From Hafnia paralvei ATCC 29927 (GTDB lineage: Bacteria; Pseudomonadota; Gammaproteobacteria; Enterobacterales; Enterobacteriaceae), in contig NZ_LXET01000064.1 in NCBI RefSeq assembly GCF_001655005.1, positions 20,538 to 52,537 of the forward strand: a stretch of 32,000 nt of DNA, written 5' to 3'. The notes beneath the pieces were generated by a model that searched no databases, had not been told where the DNA came from, and saw nothing but the letters and a program-made list of their open reading frames with translations. Positions 24,494-32,000 of the stretch are shown here, in pieces. Positions within the stretch are counted from its first letter, which is position 1. Every line of letters begins with the position of its first letter. The translations under genes were made by a program, and so were the position numbers.

Positions 24494-25101
24494 CGCTGAC
24501 AGAAAAATCAGGCCATCTGGCATGGTGCGCCCTGGTGGCGCTTGCGCTGGCCAGACAGAACGGCGATGTGCTGTCACCGGCTCAGGAAAATCTCTTTCTC
24601 ACCCGATGGCTGGCGACCGCGCTGAAGCAACGGCGTTTTTCGCGTGATGTTGCCCCCGATATCGAGTGGCTTCTGAAACAGGGACGTCAGCTGGGCGTCA
24701 GCGCGAAGCTGGTCAGCAAGCTGAATTACCTCTGGCGTTCCTGCACCGGCGAGTTGACTGAACAGAACGATCTGTTCCGGCTGACCTATGCGCTGGAAAC
24801 AGCCAAAGATATGCACTGGAACTACCGTCTGCTGAGCGATCGGGAATGGTCCGGCCGGAATGCTGTGGCGTTCAGTGCAGGCGTGAACGGCATTTATCTC
24901 TCACGGGCCAACCTCGATGTTGCTTTTGACGACAGCGGCCGACAGATAAATCCGCTGACAGCGCGTCTGACTGGGAACGTAGCGGGGGTGATGAAGCTGT
25001 TTAATCGCTGTGGCTGGCAGGCAGAGCCTGAGTCTGGTGCCTCCCTGCCCCACCAGTATTCGCTGATGGCCGGACAGGGAGTGCCAGGAAAGGGTGATTA
25101 G
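24490..25101 (+). CDS. Hypothetical protein, diverged paralogue of the TraC-position protein at 17226-17882
   Basis: 203 aa with a GTG start coupled to the upstream stop. It is collinear with the 218-aa protein: HLAWCALVAL/HLLWCMLVAL, FLTRWLATA/FLAQWLTQA, LWRSC..EQNDLFRL/LWEQS..DQCDFIRL, DMHW/SNHW. Confidence 0.6.
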   Translation: MTLTEKSGHLAWCALVALALARQNGDVLSPAQENLFLTRWLATALKQRRFSRDVAPDIEWLLKQGRQLGVSAKLVSKLNYLWRSCTGELTEQNDLFRLTYALETAKDMHWNYRLLSDREWSGRNAVAFSAGVNGIYLSRANLDVAFDDSGRQINPLTARLTGNVAGVMKLFNRCGWQAEPESGASLPHQYSLMAGQGVPGKGD

Positions 25102-26027
25102 TGGCGGATCTGCGCTAGGTCGTCTTCGGTCAGACCGGTCATTTTCATGACGGTATTGCGGTCAATGCCGTTCTGCAGCATGGTACGGGCTATTTTCAGA
25201 GTCGCTTCGCGCTCACCTTCTGAACGACCTTCCTGTCTTCCAAGCTGGATACCTTTCTCAATACCCTTTTGTTCGAGTTGTTGTGCGATGGTCATAAGTG
25301 CGTCTCCGTGTTGCGGCACACGCTGTGCCAGTTCGCGTACAAAGGCTTCGGCGTCGGATGTTTCGCCTGCCTGCACTATATAGTGTACCAGCGATATCAC
25401 CTGCGATGAAGACAAGTATCCCGTCAGCAAGATGGGCGCCAGCCGGTCAACCAGTTCTGCCAGGTCTCGCTGGTGAATATGCTTTTGCAGTAAAGTCAGG
25501 GCGGCCATGCTGCGATGGCCAGCGATTTCATCATCCGGAATGACCGTAACGTCTACCAGCGGGAAAGCGCTGCTGTAGAGTTTGCCAGCCAGCCCGGGAT
25601 CGTCAAACTCATCCAGCCACCGGGTGGAGTACGGATACGGGCTGCGTTTACCCGTATAGAACAGCACCGGTATCACCAGTGGCAGTTTTTTATGCCCTGC
25701 CTCCAGGTGGCGCTGCATGGCAGCCACCGCATAGCGTATGAGGCGGAAAGCCATATGTTTGTCGGGCGTTGACTGGTGTTCGACAAGCACATGAATATAG
25801 CCGTCGCCGGCTGTGGTTTTCAGGCTATAGAGAACGTCGCTGAAATACTGGCGGAGATCATCCTCAACGAACGAGCCTGATTCCAGTTTCAGCGTGCTGA
25901 GATCGCAGACTGCGCGCAGCTCTGCGGGCAGATGGATTTCCATGAAATCACGGGCCACATCCGGCTGTGTCAGAAACTGTCGGAACGTCGCATCGTGAGG
26001 TGTTGGCGTCATGTTTTTTTTCTTCAT
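25098..26027 (-). CDS. Rpn-family (YhgA-like, PD-(D/E)XK) recombination-promoting nuclease, 309 aa
   Basis: The N-terminus TPTPHDATFRQFLTQPDVARDFMEIHLP and the C-terminal repeat-like tail QKGIEKGIQLGRQEGRSEGEREATLKIARTMLQNG are typical of RpnA-E. I trimmed the start to ATG 26027, with 26012 as an alternative. Confidence 0.85.
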   Translation of the reverse strand: MKKKNMTPTPHDATFRQFLTQPDVARDFMEIHLPAELRAVCDLSTLKLESGSFVEDDLRQYFSDVLYSLKTTAGDGYIHVLVEHQSTPDKHMAFRLIRYAVAAMQRHLEAGHKKLPLVIPVLFYTGKRSPYPYSTRWLDEFDDPGLAGKLYSSAFPLVDVTVIPDDEIAGHRSMAALTLLQKHIHQRDLAELVDRLAPILLTGYLSSSQVISLVHYIVQAGETSDAEAFVRELAQRVPQHGDALMTIAQQLEQKGIEKGIQLGRQEGRSEGEREATLKIARTMLQNGIDRNTVMKMTGLTEDDLAQIRH

Positions 26028-26179
26028 CTGTCTCTGTCCTGAGCCTGCAAAATAACCGACATATCTTATCACGTCCCCCTGCGTTGGTTTACAAGGAGGT
26101 AGCCTTGGTAATTTCTCAGACATGTAGGACAGCACAATAAAATACAGTCACCATGATAGTTGACGATAAATAAGTGAAT

Positions 26180-26205
26180 AAAAAAACGCTCCCGGACGGG
26201 AGCGT
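26180..26205 (-). terminator. Intrinsic terminator downstream of pcoE
   Basis: The minus-strand RNA reads ACGCUCCC-GUCC-GGGAGCGU followed by UUUUUU. It lies 50 nt after the pcoE stop. Confidence 0.7.
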
Positions 26206-26255
26206 AAGCCAGTGAAATCGGCGTCAAAAGAGGGTCTAACAAGTGGGGCTGCGGG

Positions 26256-26690
26256 TTAATTCTGAGTGGCCTGGCTGCGATGCTTTTCAGCCTGCTGCTG
26301 ATGAATCACTGAAGACTGACCATTATTCGCCTTCTCGTGCACAACTGCGGCTTTTTCATGCTCGTTCATTTCAGAAAATGACTTTGCGGTTTCGTTGGTG
26401 GCTCCTGATTTGCCATTCATCATTTTTTTATGCATTTCCGCCATGTCCTGGTGGGCAGAAGCGTTGCCGTTTTGCATCATTTCATGGGACATTGCAGCCT
26501 GATCGTGTCCGCTCATATCCATCATTGTCATACTGTCTCCCTGAACAGCGCTTTTTTCAGAGGTTGACTGCATCTGATGGGCGGGTGCCTGGGCATTATT
26601 TACCTGGTCATGCATGTTCATTGTCTCTGCAGCCATGGCGGATGAAGCGACAGCCATAATGGCAACAAATGATACAAGGATCTTTTTCAT
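26256..26690 (-). CDS. pcoE: Periplasmic copper-binding protein PcoE (SilE-like), 144 aa
   Basis: It has a signal peptide MKKILVSFVAIMAVASSAMA followed by a Met/His-rich sequence (MNMHDQ, HQMQS, MTMMDMSGHDQAAMSHEMM). I trimmed the start, which has SD GGAGA. Confidence 0.9.
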   Translation of the reverse strand: MKKILVSFVAIMAVASSAMAAETMNMHDQVNNAQAPAHQMQSTSEKSAVQGDSMTMMDMSGHDQAAMSHEMMQNGNASAHQDMAEMHKKMMNGKSGATNETAKSFSEMNEHEKAAVVHEKANNGQSSVIHQQQAEKHRSQATQN

Positions 26691-26865
26691 GGTTGGGTCT
26701 CCGGTGTTTTCATACCCAAACAATCAACGGCTTATAACAGAGAAAGCATTTGATCTCAGGGCGGGTTATTCATCACTCCAGGAACCAGGCGATTGCGTTA
26801 TCACTCTGCTCCTGATTTATGAATGATTATAAAAAACCGCCTCTGTTTATCGCGTGACTGAATGA

Positions 26866-26879
26866 TGACAATTTTGTCA
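26866..26879. promoter_or_regulatory. Copper box (PcoR/CusR operator) upstream of pcoE
   Basis: The palindrome TGACAATTTTGTCA matches the CusR/PcoR box core TGACAA-NN-TTGTCA. It lies about 175 bp upstream of the pcoE start. Confidence 0.7.
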
Positions 26880-26907
26880 CCTTCCATGTTTCTCCTGAAT
26901 AACGGGA

Positions 26908-28308
26908 TTAATCCCTTAATAAACGCACTTTGAACACAATTTCCCGCCCCCGCTGTACTGCTGACAATTCGCCACCGTGAGCGAGAATGATTGACCTCGT
27001 TATTGATAATCCCAGCCCCGCGCCTTCGGTGTTGTGAACCCGTGATGAGTCTGCGCGATAGAACCGGTCAAACAAACGTTCAAGATTGGCGGGAACTGAG
27101 CCAGACATCGCATTCGTAATCATCACGTTTACAAAGTCACTGTCACGCTCAAGGCGTATAGCAGTACAGGTCTTATCGGGAGAATACTTGATTGCATTGG
27201 AAAGCAGGTTGCTGAAAGCACGTCGCAGCATATCGCTGTCTCCGGCAACAACGCCCTCTCCTTCAACCGTGATTGTCTTTCCTGACTCGTCTGCCAGAGG
27301 CTCGAACAGCTCACGTAATTCATTCAGTTCGGCGGCCAGATCCACATCATGTTTATCCAGTTGCAGCAGACCATGCTCTGAACGTGCCAGAAAAAGCATG
27401 TCACTGGTCATTCGTGACAATCTTTTCAGTTCTTCCAGGTTCGCGAATAAAATTTCACGGTAATGCGAAACATCCCTTTCCTTTGCCAGTGCAAACTGCG
27501 TCTGCATCATCAGATTACTGACCGGGGTACGCAACTCATGTGCGATATCAGAAGAGAAATCTGACAGTTTCCGGAATGACCCCTCCAGGCGATCGAACAT
27601 ATTATTGAACTCCTGCATGGTCTCAGATATTTCCGGCGGAGCCAGATCGGGATTAAGACGCTGATCCAGGCTGTGTACGGTCATGGAGGAAGCCAGACTG
27701 GTCATTTCCCGTAGCGGTTTCAGACCAATACGTGTGGTCAGCCAGCCCAGAAAAATAGAAATAAAGACCAGACCGATATTGAACCAGAACAGCCAGGTAC
27801 TGAGCTTATCCATAAACAGGGTGTGATACCCGGTATCCGTGGCAACCGTAATGATGAAATGTTTGCTTCGACCCTGTTCCGGAACCACAGCAACCCGACG
27901 CGAGATACTGCGATACACGGTATTATTTTCTTCAGTCTGGATCATATAGTCGAGAACATCACCCGACTTATTCAGCAGGATCGCAGGGACAACAGAGTTT
28001 TTAGCATACAGCTCCACGATTTTTTCATTTTCCATATTTTTTATAGAAATGAATAAACCATTGTGCCCCACCATCGCATCATTTATTTTTTCAGTTAATG
28101 ATTTTATATCCGTCTTGTTCTGGAACGTTTCTGTCTTAAGAAACTCTTCGGTGAGCTGAAGTTTACCTGTCAGAAAATCGCGGTCCTGATTATCGAAATA
28201 GCCATTAAGGGTGCTAATCAGGATAAAACTTGATAACCACCATACCGTAAGCATCACCGCAGAAAAAATCAGGCTCAGGCGTGTGGTCAGGGAAATTTTG
28301 AACCTCAC
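26908..28308 (-). CDS. pcoS: Copper-sensing histidine kinase PcoS
   Basis: 466 aa with two TM segments, a HAMP domain, the H-box [10 protein letters not shown], and the G-boxes NAIKYSP and GAGLGLSI. It overlaps pcoR by 4 nt. Confidence 0.9.
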   Translation of the reverse strand: MRFKISLTTRLSLIFSAVMLTVWWLSSFILISTLNGYFDNQDRDFLTGKLQLTEEFLKTETFQNKTDIKSLTEKINDAMVGHNGLFISIKNMENEKIVELYAKNSVVPAILLNKSGDVLDYMIQTEENNTVYRSISRRVAVVPEQGRSKHFIITVATDTGYHTLFMDKLSTWLFWFNIGLVFISIFLGWLTTRIGLKPLREMTSLASSMTVHSLDQRLNPDLAPPEISETMQEFNNMFDRLEGSFRKLSDFSSDIAHELRTPVSNLMMQTQFALAKERDVSHYREILFANLEELKRLSRMTSDMLFLARSEHGLLQLDKHDVDLAAELNELRELFEPLADESGKTITVEGEGVVAGDSDMLRRAFSNLLSNAIKYSPDKTCTAIRLERDSDFVNVMITNAMSGSVPANLERLFDRFYRADSSRVHNTEGAGLGLSITRSIILAHGGELSAVQRGREIVFKVRLLRD

Positions 28309-28985
28309 TCTTCTCTGATCTCCAGGACATATCCGGCACCGCGAACGGTATGGATCAGTTTTGGCTCAAAGTCATCATCAATTTTACTTCTCAGACGTCT
28401 CACGGCGACATCAATCACATTCGTATCACTGTCAAAATTCATGTTCCAGACCAGGGACGAGATAAGACTCCTGGGTAACACTTCTCCGGTGCGTTGCAGC
28501 AGCAACTCAAGCAGAACGTATTCTTTACCGGTGAGATGGATCTTCTTCCCCGAACGGATCACGGTCCGGCGCACCATATCAACGGTCATATCGGCGATGG
28601 TGCAGACTGTTGCGGCCTGCGAGCGTGCCCGGCGCAGTAGGGTTCTTACACGTGCAACCAGCTCCGTAAAATCAAAGGGCTTAATCAGGTAGTCATCTGC
28701 GCCAAGCTCCAGTCCTTTCACTTTGTCCCGCACGTTGTCCTTTGCGGTTAAAAACAGGACCGGTTCTTCGTGCCCGGACTCCCTCAGTGCGCTGATGATT
28801 TGCCACCCGTCGAGGAAAGGCAGCATCACGTCCAGTATTATCAAATCATACTGTCCCTTCGACGCGGCCCCGAGACCATCGCGGCCATTATTAAAGAGAT
28901 CGGCCTGATAGCCTTCCTCAACCAGTCCCTGCTGCAGGTAACGACCTGTTTTTTGTTCGTCTTCAACGATTAAAATACGCTGCAT
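28305..28985 (-). CDS. pcoR: OmpR-family response regulator PcoR, 226 aa
   Basis: It has a receiver domain ([10 protein letters not shown]...[10 protein letters not shown]) and a winged-helix C-terminus (...[11 protein letters not shown]). Confidence 0.9.
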   Translation of the reverse strand: MQRILIVEDEQKTGRYLQQGLVEEGYQADLFNNGRDGLGAASKGQYDLIILDVMLPFLDGWQIISALRESGHEEPVLFLTAKDNVRDKVKGLELGADDYLIKPFDFTELVARVRTLLRRARSQAATVCTIADMTVDMVRRTVIRSGKKIHLTGKEYVLLELLLQRTGEVLPRSLISSLVWNMNFDSDTNVIDVAVRRLRSKIDDDFEPKLIHTVRGAGYVLEIREE

Positions 28986-29039
28986 GGTCAACTCGCTGAT
29001 ATGAAAGTAAAAATCTCACGCATGAGCTTTGGCTGTCCC

Positions 29040-29969
29040 CTAGCTGACCTGAGACGGAGCAAGCATTCCGAGCCACGCTACGGCGCCCAGAATGATAATC
29101 GCAACAACGAATTCTGTCAGGATGCTGTTTCGCATCAGGGCAACGCTGCGATCATAATTCCCTTCCCTGACCATAACTTCAAGCCGGGGACCCAGGTGAA
29201 ACCGGTTTGCTGCAGCCAGAAGAAGCATCAGAACAAACAGAGCCGTCTTGGCAAGCAATATCCTCCCCCAGGAACTGTTGAATAAGGGAGTTAAGTTACC
29301 CTCAGCAATATACAGATAGTTGACCAGCGCACTCAGGATCAGGGCTACAACAATCACCGTTCCTGCCGTGGCAAATTTTGCCAGGGAGTCAGATATCACA
29401 ATGACGCTCTGTGCATTATGCTCGTTTCTGCGCATCAGCAGGATAGCAAATGCAACCAGAGCACCTGTCCAGGCACCTGCAGCGCCGAGATGGGTCAGAT
29501 CGCTCAGTAAATGGAGATAGTAATGCAGACCGTCATGCATAACGGCGTGTCCTCCCCAGGCAAGTGTAGCCAGCGCCACGCCCCCACTCATCGTCATCAG
29601 CAGGCAGGACAATACTCTCTTATTAGTGTAAAGGAACAAAGCACCGAGTGTGGTAAACAGGGCACAGAGCCTGACAATCCAGCTAATACCCACATCAGTT
29701 TCTTCTATCACCATCTCGATAACATGGATGGATAATTCTCTGAGGTCAGTTACTCCACTCATGGCATTAGATACCAGGAGCATATTAATGCCAGTAAGAA
29801 TGATGCCTGTAACAACAGCAAAGGTTATAAACGACCTGAAATTAGTCAGGTTATAGGTTTCATATCTGACACCGCTTATTCCATATATCTGAAAAAATGG
29901 CAATCCAAATATTACCATCAAATCCAGATAAAGAAGAAAACGAATAACAATCATAATCAGGTCGTTCAT
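29040..29969 (-). CDS. pcoD: Inner-membrane copper resistance protein PcoD (CopD family)
   Basis: 309 aa, polytopic, in the canonical position after pcoC. Confidence 0.9.
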   Translation of the reverse strand: MNDLIMIVIRFLLYLDLMVIFGLPFFQIYGISGVRYETYNLTNFRSFITFAVVTGIILTGINMLLVSNAMSGVTDLRELSIHVIEMVIEETDVGISWIVRLCALFTTLGALFLYTNKRVLSCLLMTMSGGVALATLAWGGHAVMHDGLHYYLHLLSDLTHLGAAGAWTGALVAFAILLMRRNEHNAQSVIVISDSLAKFATAGTVIVVALILSALVNYLYIAEGNLTPLFNSSWGRILLAKTALFVLMLLLAAANRFHLGPRLEVMVREGNYDRSVALMRNSILTEFVVAIIILGAVAWLGMLAPSQVS

Positions 29970-29973
29970 AATA

Positions 29974-30354
29974 TTACTTCACTGTAAAGGTGTAATTACC
30001 GGTAATAGGGTGCGTATCTGAAGAAACCGCGCGCCAGTCAACACGATAAGTGCCAGCGGGTAAAGGCTCTCGCGGAATAATGACCATCGATTTAGGGTCA
30101 GCGCCTGGCGCCACTTTTGCCGCGACCGGCATCGGAGAATGTGATGACATGCCTTTCATACCCGTCATCGTTAATTTTGCACCTGAGAATTTCACGGTCA
30201 GATTTTCCGAGAAATTAAGCTGAATCTTTTCCGGGGCCGCTACGGCTGAATCAGCCTGTGGCACAGAGCTTTTTAATTCCGGATGGGCCATAGCAGAGAA
30301 AGCAACGCCCATAACGAGGCCGCCTGTAAGAATGGCTTTATTTAAAATCGACAT
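29974..30354 (-). CDS. pcoC: Periplasmic copper chaperone PcoC (CopC family)
   Basis: 126 aa with a signal peptide, a mature N-terminus HPELKSS, a Met-rich loop [13 protein letters not shown], and a C-terminus [14 protein letters not shown]. Confidence 0.9.
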   Translation of the reverse strand: MSILNKAILTGGLVMGVAFSAMAHPELKSSVPQADSAVAAPEKIQLNFSENLTVKFSGAKLTMTGMKGMSSHSPMPVAAKVAPGADPKSMVIIPREPLPAGTYRVDWRAVSSDTHPITGNYTFTVK

Positions 30355-30393
30355 TTTATTTACCTGTTTAGTTGAGTGTTTTATATCAGTGCG

Positions 30394-31293
30394 TTAAAAC
30401 CAGATTCTGGCTCCCGCCAGGAATACTACCTGATGGTCTTTCTCACCTTCTCTTTTCGCCATATCGGATGTTTTCCCGTAAAGTTGATTCCAGGAAACGC
30501 CTATATAGGGTGCAAACTCACGGCGTATTTCATAGCGCAGCCGGAGCCCCAGCTCTGTGTCAGTCAGTCCCCTGCCGCGACCCCGCGATTCATCATCCTG
30601 ACTGTAGAAATTCACCTCATAGGATGGCTGGAGTATGAGCCGGTTAGTCAGTAAAACGTCGTATTCTCCTCCCAGACGAAGGGCTGCTTTTCCGCCATTA
30701 CTGACAAAACCCGTAATTTCAGACTCAAAATTATAGAGTGCCAGCCCCTGAAAACCGACAGCAGCCCAGGTCCGGGCAGAAGCAGGTCTGAAATCCTGCC
30801 TGACACCCGCAACCAAATCCCACCATGGGCCAACCGCATGTCCCCAGAGTAACTGCGCTTCAGCCGCCTCCGTTTCCCCATTGCTTCGTTCACCTTCACT
30901 CTTTAGCCAAATCCGATCTGTGTCGCCTCCAATCCAGCTGTTAACACTCCAGCTGAAATTGTTGGTGTTATCCGACCGTTGCCATTCCAGTTGATCCAGC
31001 AGAACCAGATAATTAATCGCACTGTCGTGAATCGCATGCCCCTGTAAATTGCCGAATGCAGCCTTCCGGTCGGCATCGGTAACAGGCGGAATTGGCGTTC
31101 TGCTCTCAGTTACAATGGGCTCCATTGACGTCATCTCAGTGAAATTCTCATCTGCTGGCATCTGCATGGCAGACATGTCGTGCCCGGCGTGGGGATCTGC
31201 AGAGACGGAGCCCGCCGCAATAGAAAGCTGTGAGGTAAACAAACCGGCGACCAGAACAGGTATGGCCTTAAAACTTCTCTTCATTCGCATCAT
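30394..31293 (-). CDS. pcoB: Outer-membrane copper resistance protein PcoB (CopB family); the start could be 31284
   Basis: About 296-299 aa with a signal peptide, a Met/His-rich N-terminal region, and a beta-barrel-like C-terminus ending in F. It has an ATGA overlap with the pcoA stop. Confidence 0.9.
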   Translation of the reverse strand: MMRMKRSFKAIPVLVAGLFTSQLSIAAGSVSADPHAGHDMSAMQMPADENFTEMTSMEPIVTESRTPIPPVTDADRKAAFGNLQGHAIHDSAINYLVLLDQLEWQRSDNTNNFSWSVNSWIGGDTDRIWLKSEGERSNGETEAAEAQLLWGHAVGPWWDLVAGVRQDFRPASARTWAAVGFQGLALYNFESEITGFVSNGGKAALRLGGEYDVLLTNRLILQPSYEVNFYSQDDESRGRGRGLTDTELGLRLRYEIRREFAPYIGVSWNQLYGKTSDMAKREGEKDHQVVFLAGARIWF

Positions 31294-32000
31294 TCCTCCA
31301 CCCGGACTTCACGAAACATTCCCATTTCCATGTGATAGAGCAAATGGCAGTGATACGCCCAGCGGCCAAGCGCATCTGCTGTCACTCTGTAACTGCGTTT
31401 TGTACCAGGGGGAACATCTATTGTGTGTTTACGAACCATGAAATTACCGTTTTCATCTTCCAGATCGCTCCACATGCCATGCAGGTGAATGGGGTGAGTC
31501 ATCATGGTATCGTTGACCAGCGTGATCCTGAGTCGCTCACCGTATTTCAGCAGCACCGGTGCGGCATCTGAAAACTTGATTCCGTTAAATGACCAGGCAA
31601 ACTTTTCCATGTGGCCGGTTAAATGCAGTTCTATGGTGCGGCCAGGTTCACGTCCGTCAGGATCCTCAAAGCGGCTTTTCAAATCCGCGTACGTGAGAAC
31701 CTTTCTTCCGTTATTTCGAAGACCAATACCCGGATCGTTTAATTTCGGGGAGACGCTCATCGCCTGCATATCAACCAGTGGGTTATCCGTTTCTGACGCA
31801 GGATGACTTTGCATACCCGGCATTCCGGCCATCTGAGAATGATCCATACCGGCCATGCTGCTGTGATCCATGGGCGCGGAGGACGTCCCGCTATCGGCAA
31901 GGTCAGCACCGTCCATAGACATCATCTCTCCACTGTTATCCATGCCTCCCATCTGGCTGTGGTCCATTCCTGCCATATCATGTCCCATTCCTCCCATACC
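31290..32000 (-). CDS. pcoA: Multicopper oxidase PcoA, C-terminal part (the ORF continues past the right edge)
   Basis: It has a Met-rich region ([26 protein letters not shown]) followed by the type-1/type-3 copper ligand motifs HPIHLHG and [12 protein letters not shown]. Confidence 0.9.
   Translation of the reverse strand, partial: GMGGMGHDMAGMDHSQMGGMDNSGEMMSMDGADLADSGTSSAPMDHSSMAGMDHSQMAGMPGMQSHPASETDNPLVDMQAMSVSPKLNDPGIGLRNNGRKVLTYADLKSRFEDPDGREPGRTIELHLTGHMEKFAWSFNGIKFSDAAPVLLKYGERLRITLVNDTMMTHPIHLHGMWSDLEDENGNFMVRKHTIDVPPGTKRSYRVTADALGRWAYHCHLLYHMEMGMFREVRVEE

Noticed and set aside
26243-26659. Plus-strand 138-aa ORF
   Set aside because: It is antisense to pcoE, which has an unmistakable Met/His-rich sequence and signal peptide.
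1-32000. CRISPR arrays, tRNA or rRNA genes, integron attC or attI sites, retron-like msr/msd
   Set aside because: Reading both strands by eye, I saw no regularly spaced direct repeats, cloverleaf candidates or rRNA-like segments. I could not run a dedicated scan (tRNAscan-SE, CRISPR finders), so small elements cannot be excluded.

Overview
The window is a segment of an enterobacterial conjugative plasmid. Positions 1-18700, all on the minus strand, form one tightly packed transfer operon with the gene order of IncI-type (R64-like) plasmids. Reading in the direction of transcription it contains a NusG-like regulator, a TraC-like protein, a TraR/DksA zinc finger, three small genes, the type IVb thin-pilus genes pilL to pilV, Dot/Icm-like traH, traI, traJ and traK, and a Sog-like primase that runs off the left edge. 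No shufflon or rci recombinase follows pilV. Positions 18700-21244 hold the replication region. It has a GATC-dense AT-rich control region, an IncFII-RepA-family repA with a hand-identifiable antisense RNA, pseudoknot and leader peptide, a candidate oriV flanked by two inverted DnaA boxes, and a hairpin-rich stretch without ORFs. Positions 21245-26255 are accessory mosaic. A 1327-bp IS1111-group element (IS5075/IS4321-like) sits inside the 38-bp terminal repeat of a Tn3-family transposon whose tnpA survives only as a 3' remnant. It is followed by an uncharacterised exonuclease operon and an Rpn (YhgA-like) nuclease gene. Positions 26256-32000 carry the copper-resistance cluster pcoE, pcoS, pcoR, pcoD, pcoC, pcoB and the 3' end of pcoA. 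The best candidate for something undescribed is the exonuclease / 131-aa / TraC-like operon at 23.1-25.1 kb. Its last gene is a diverged copy of the tra-regulatory gene at 17.2-17.9 kb. No function can be shown from sequence alone. I found no rRNA, tRNA or CRISPR array.
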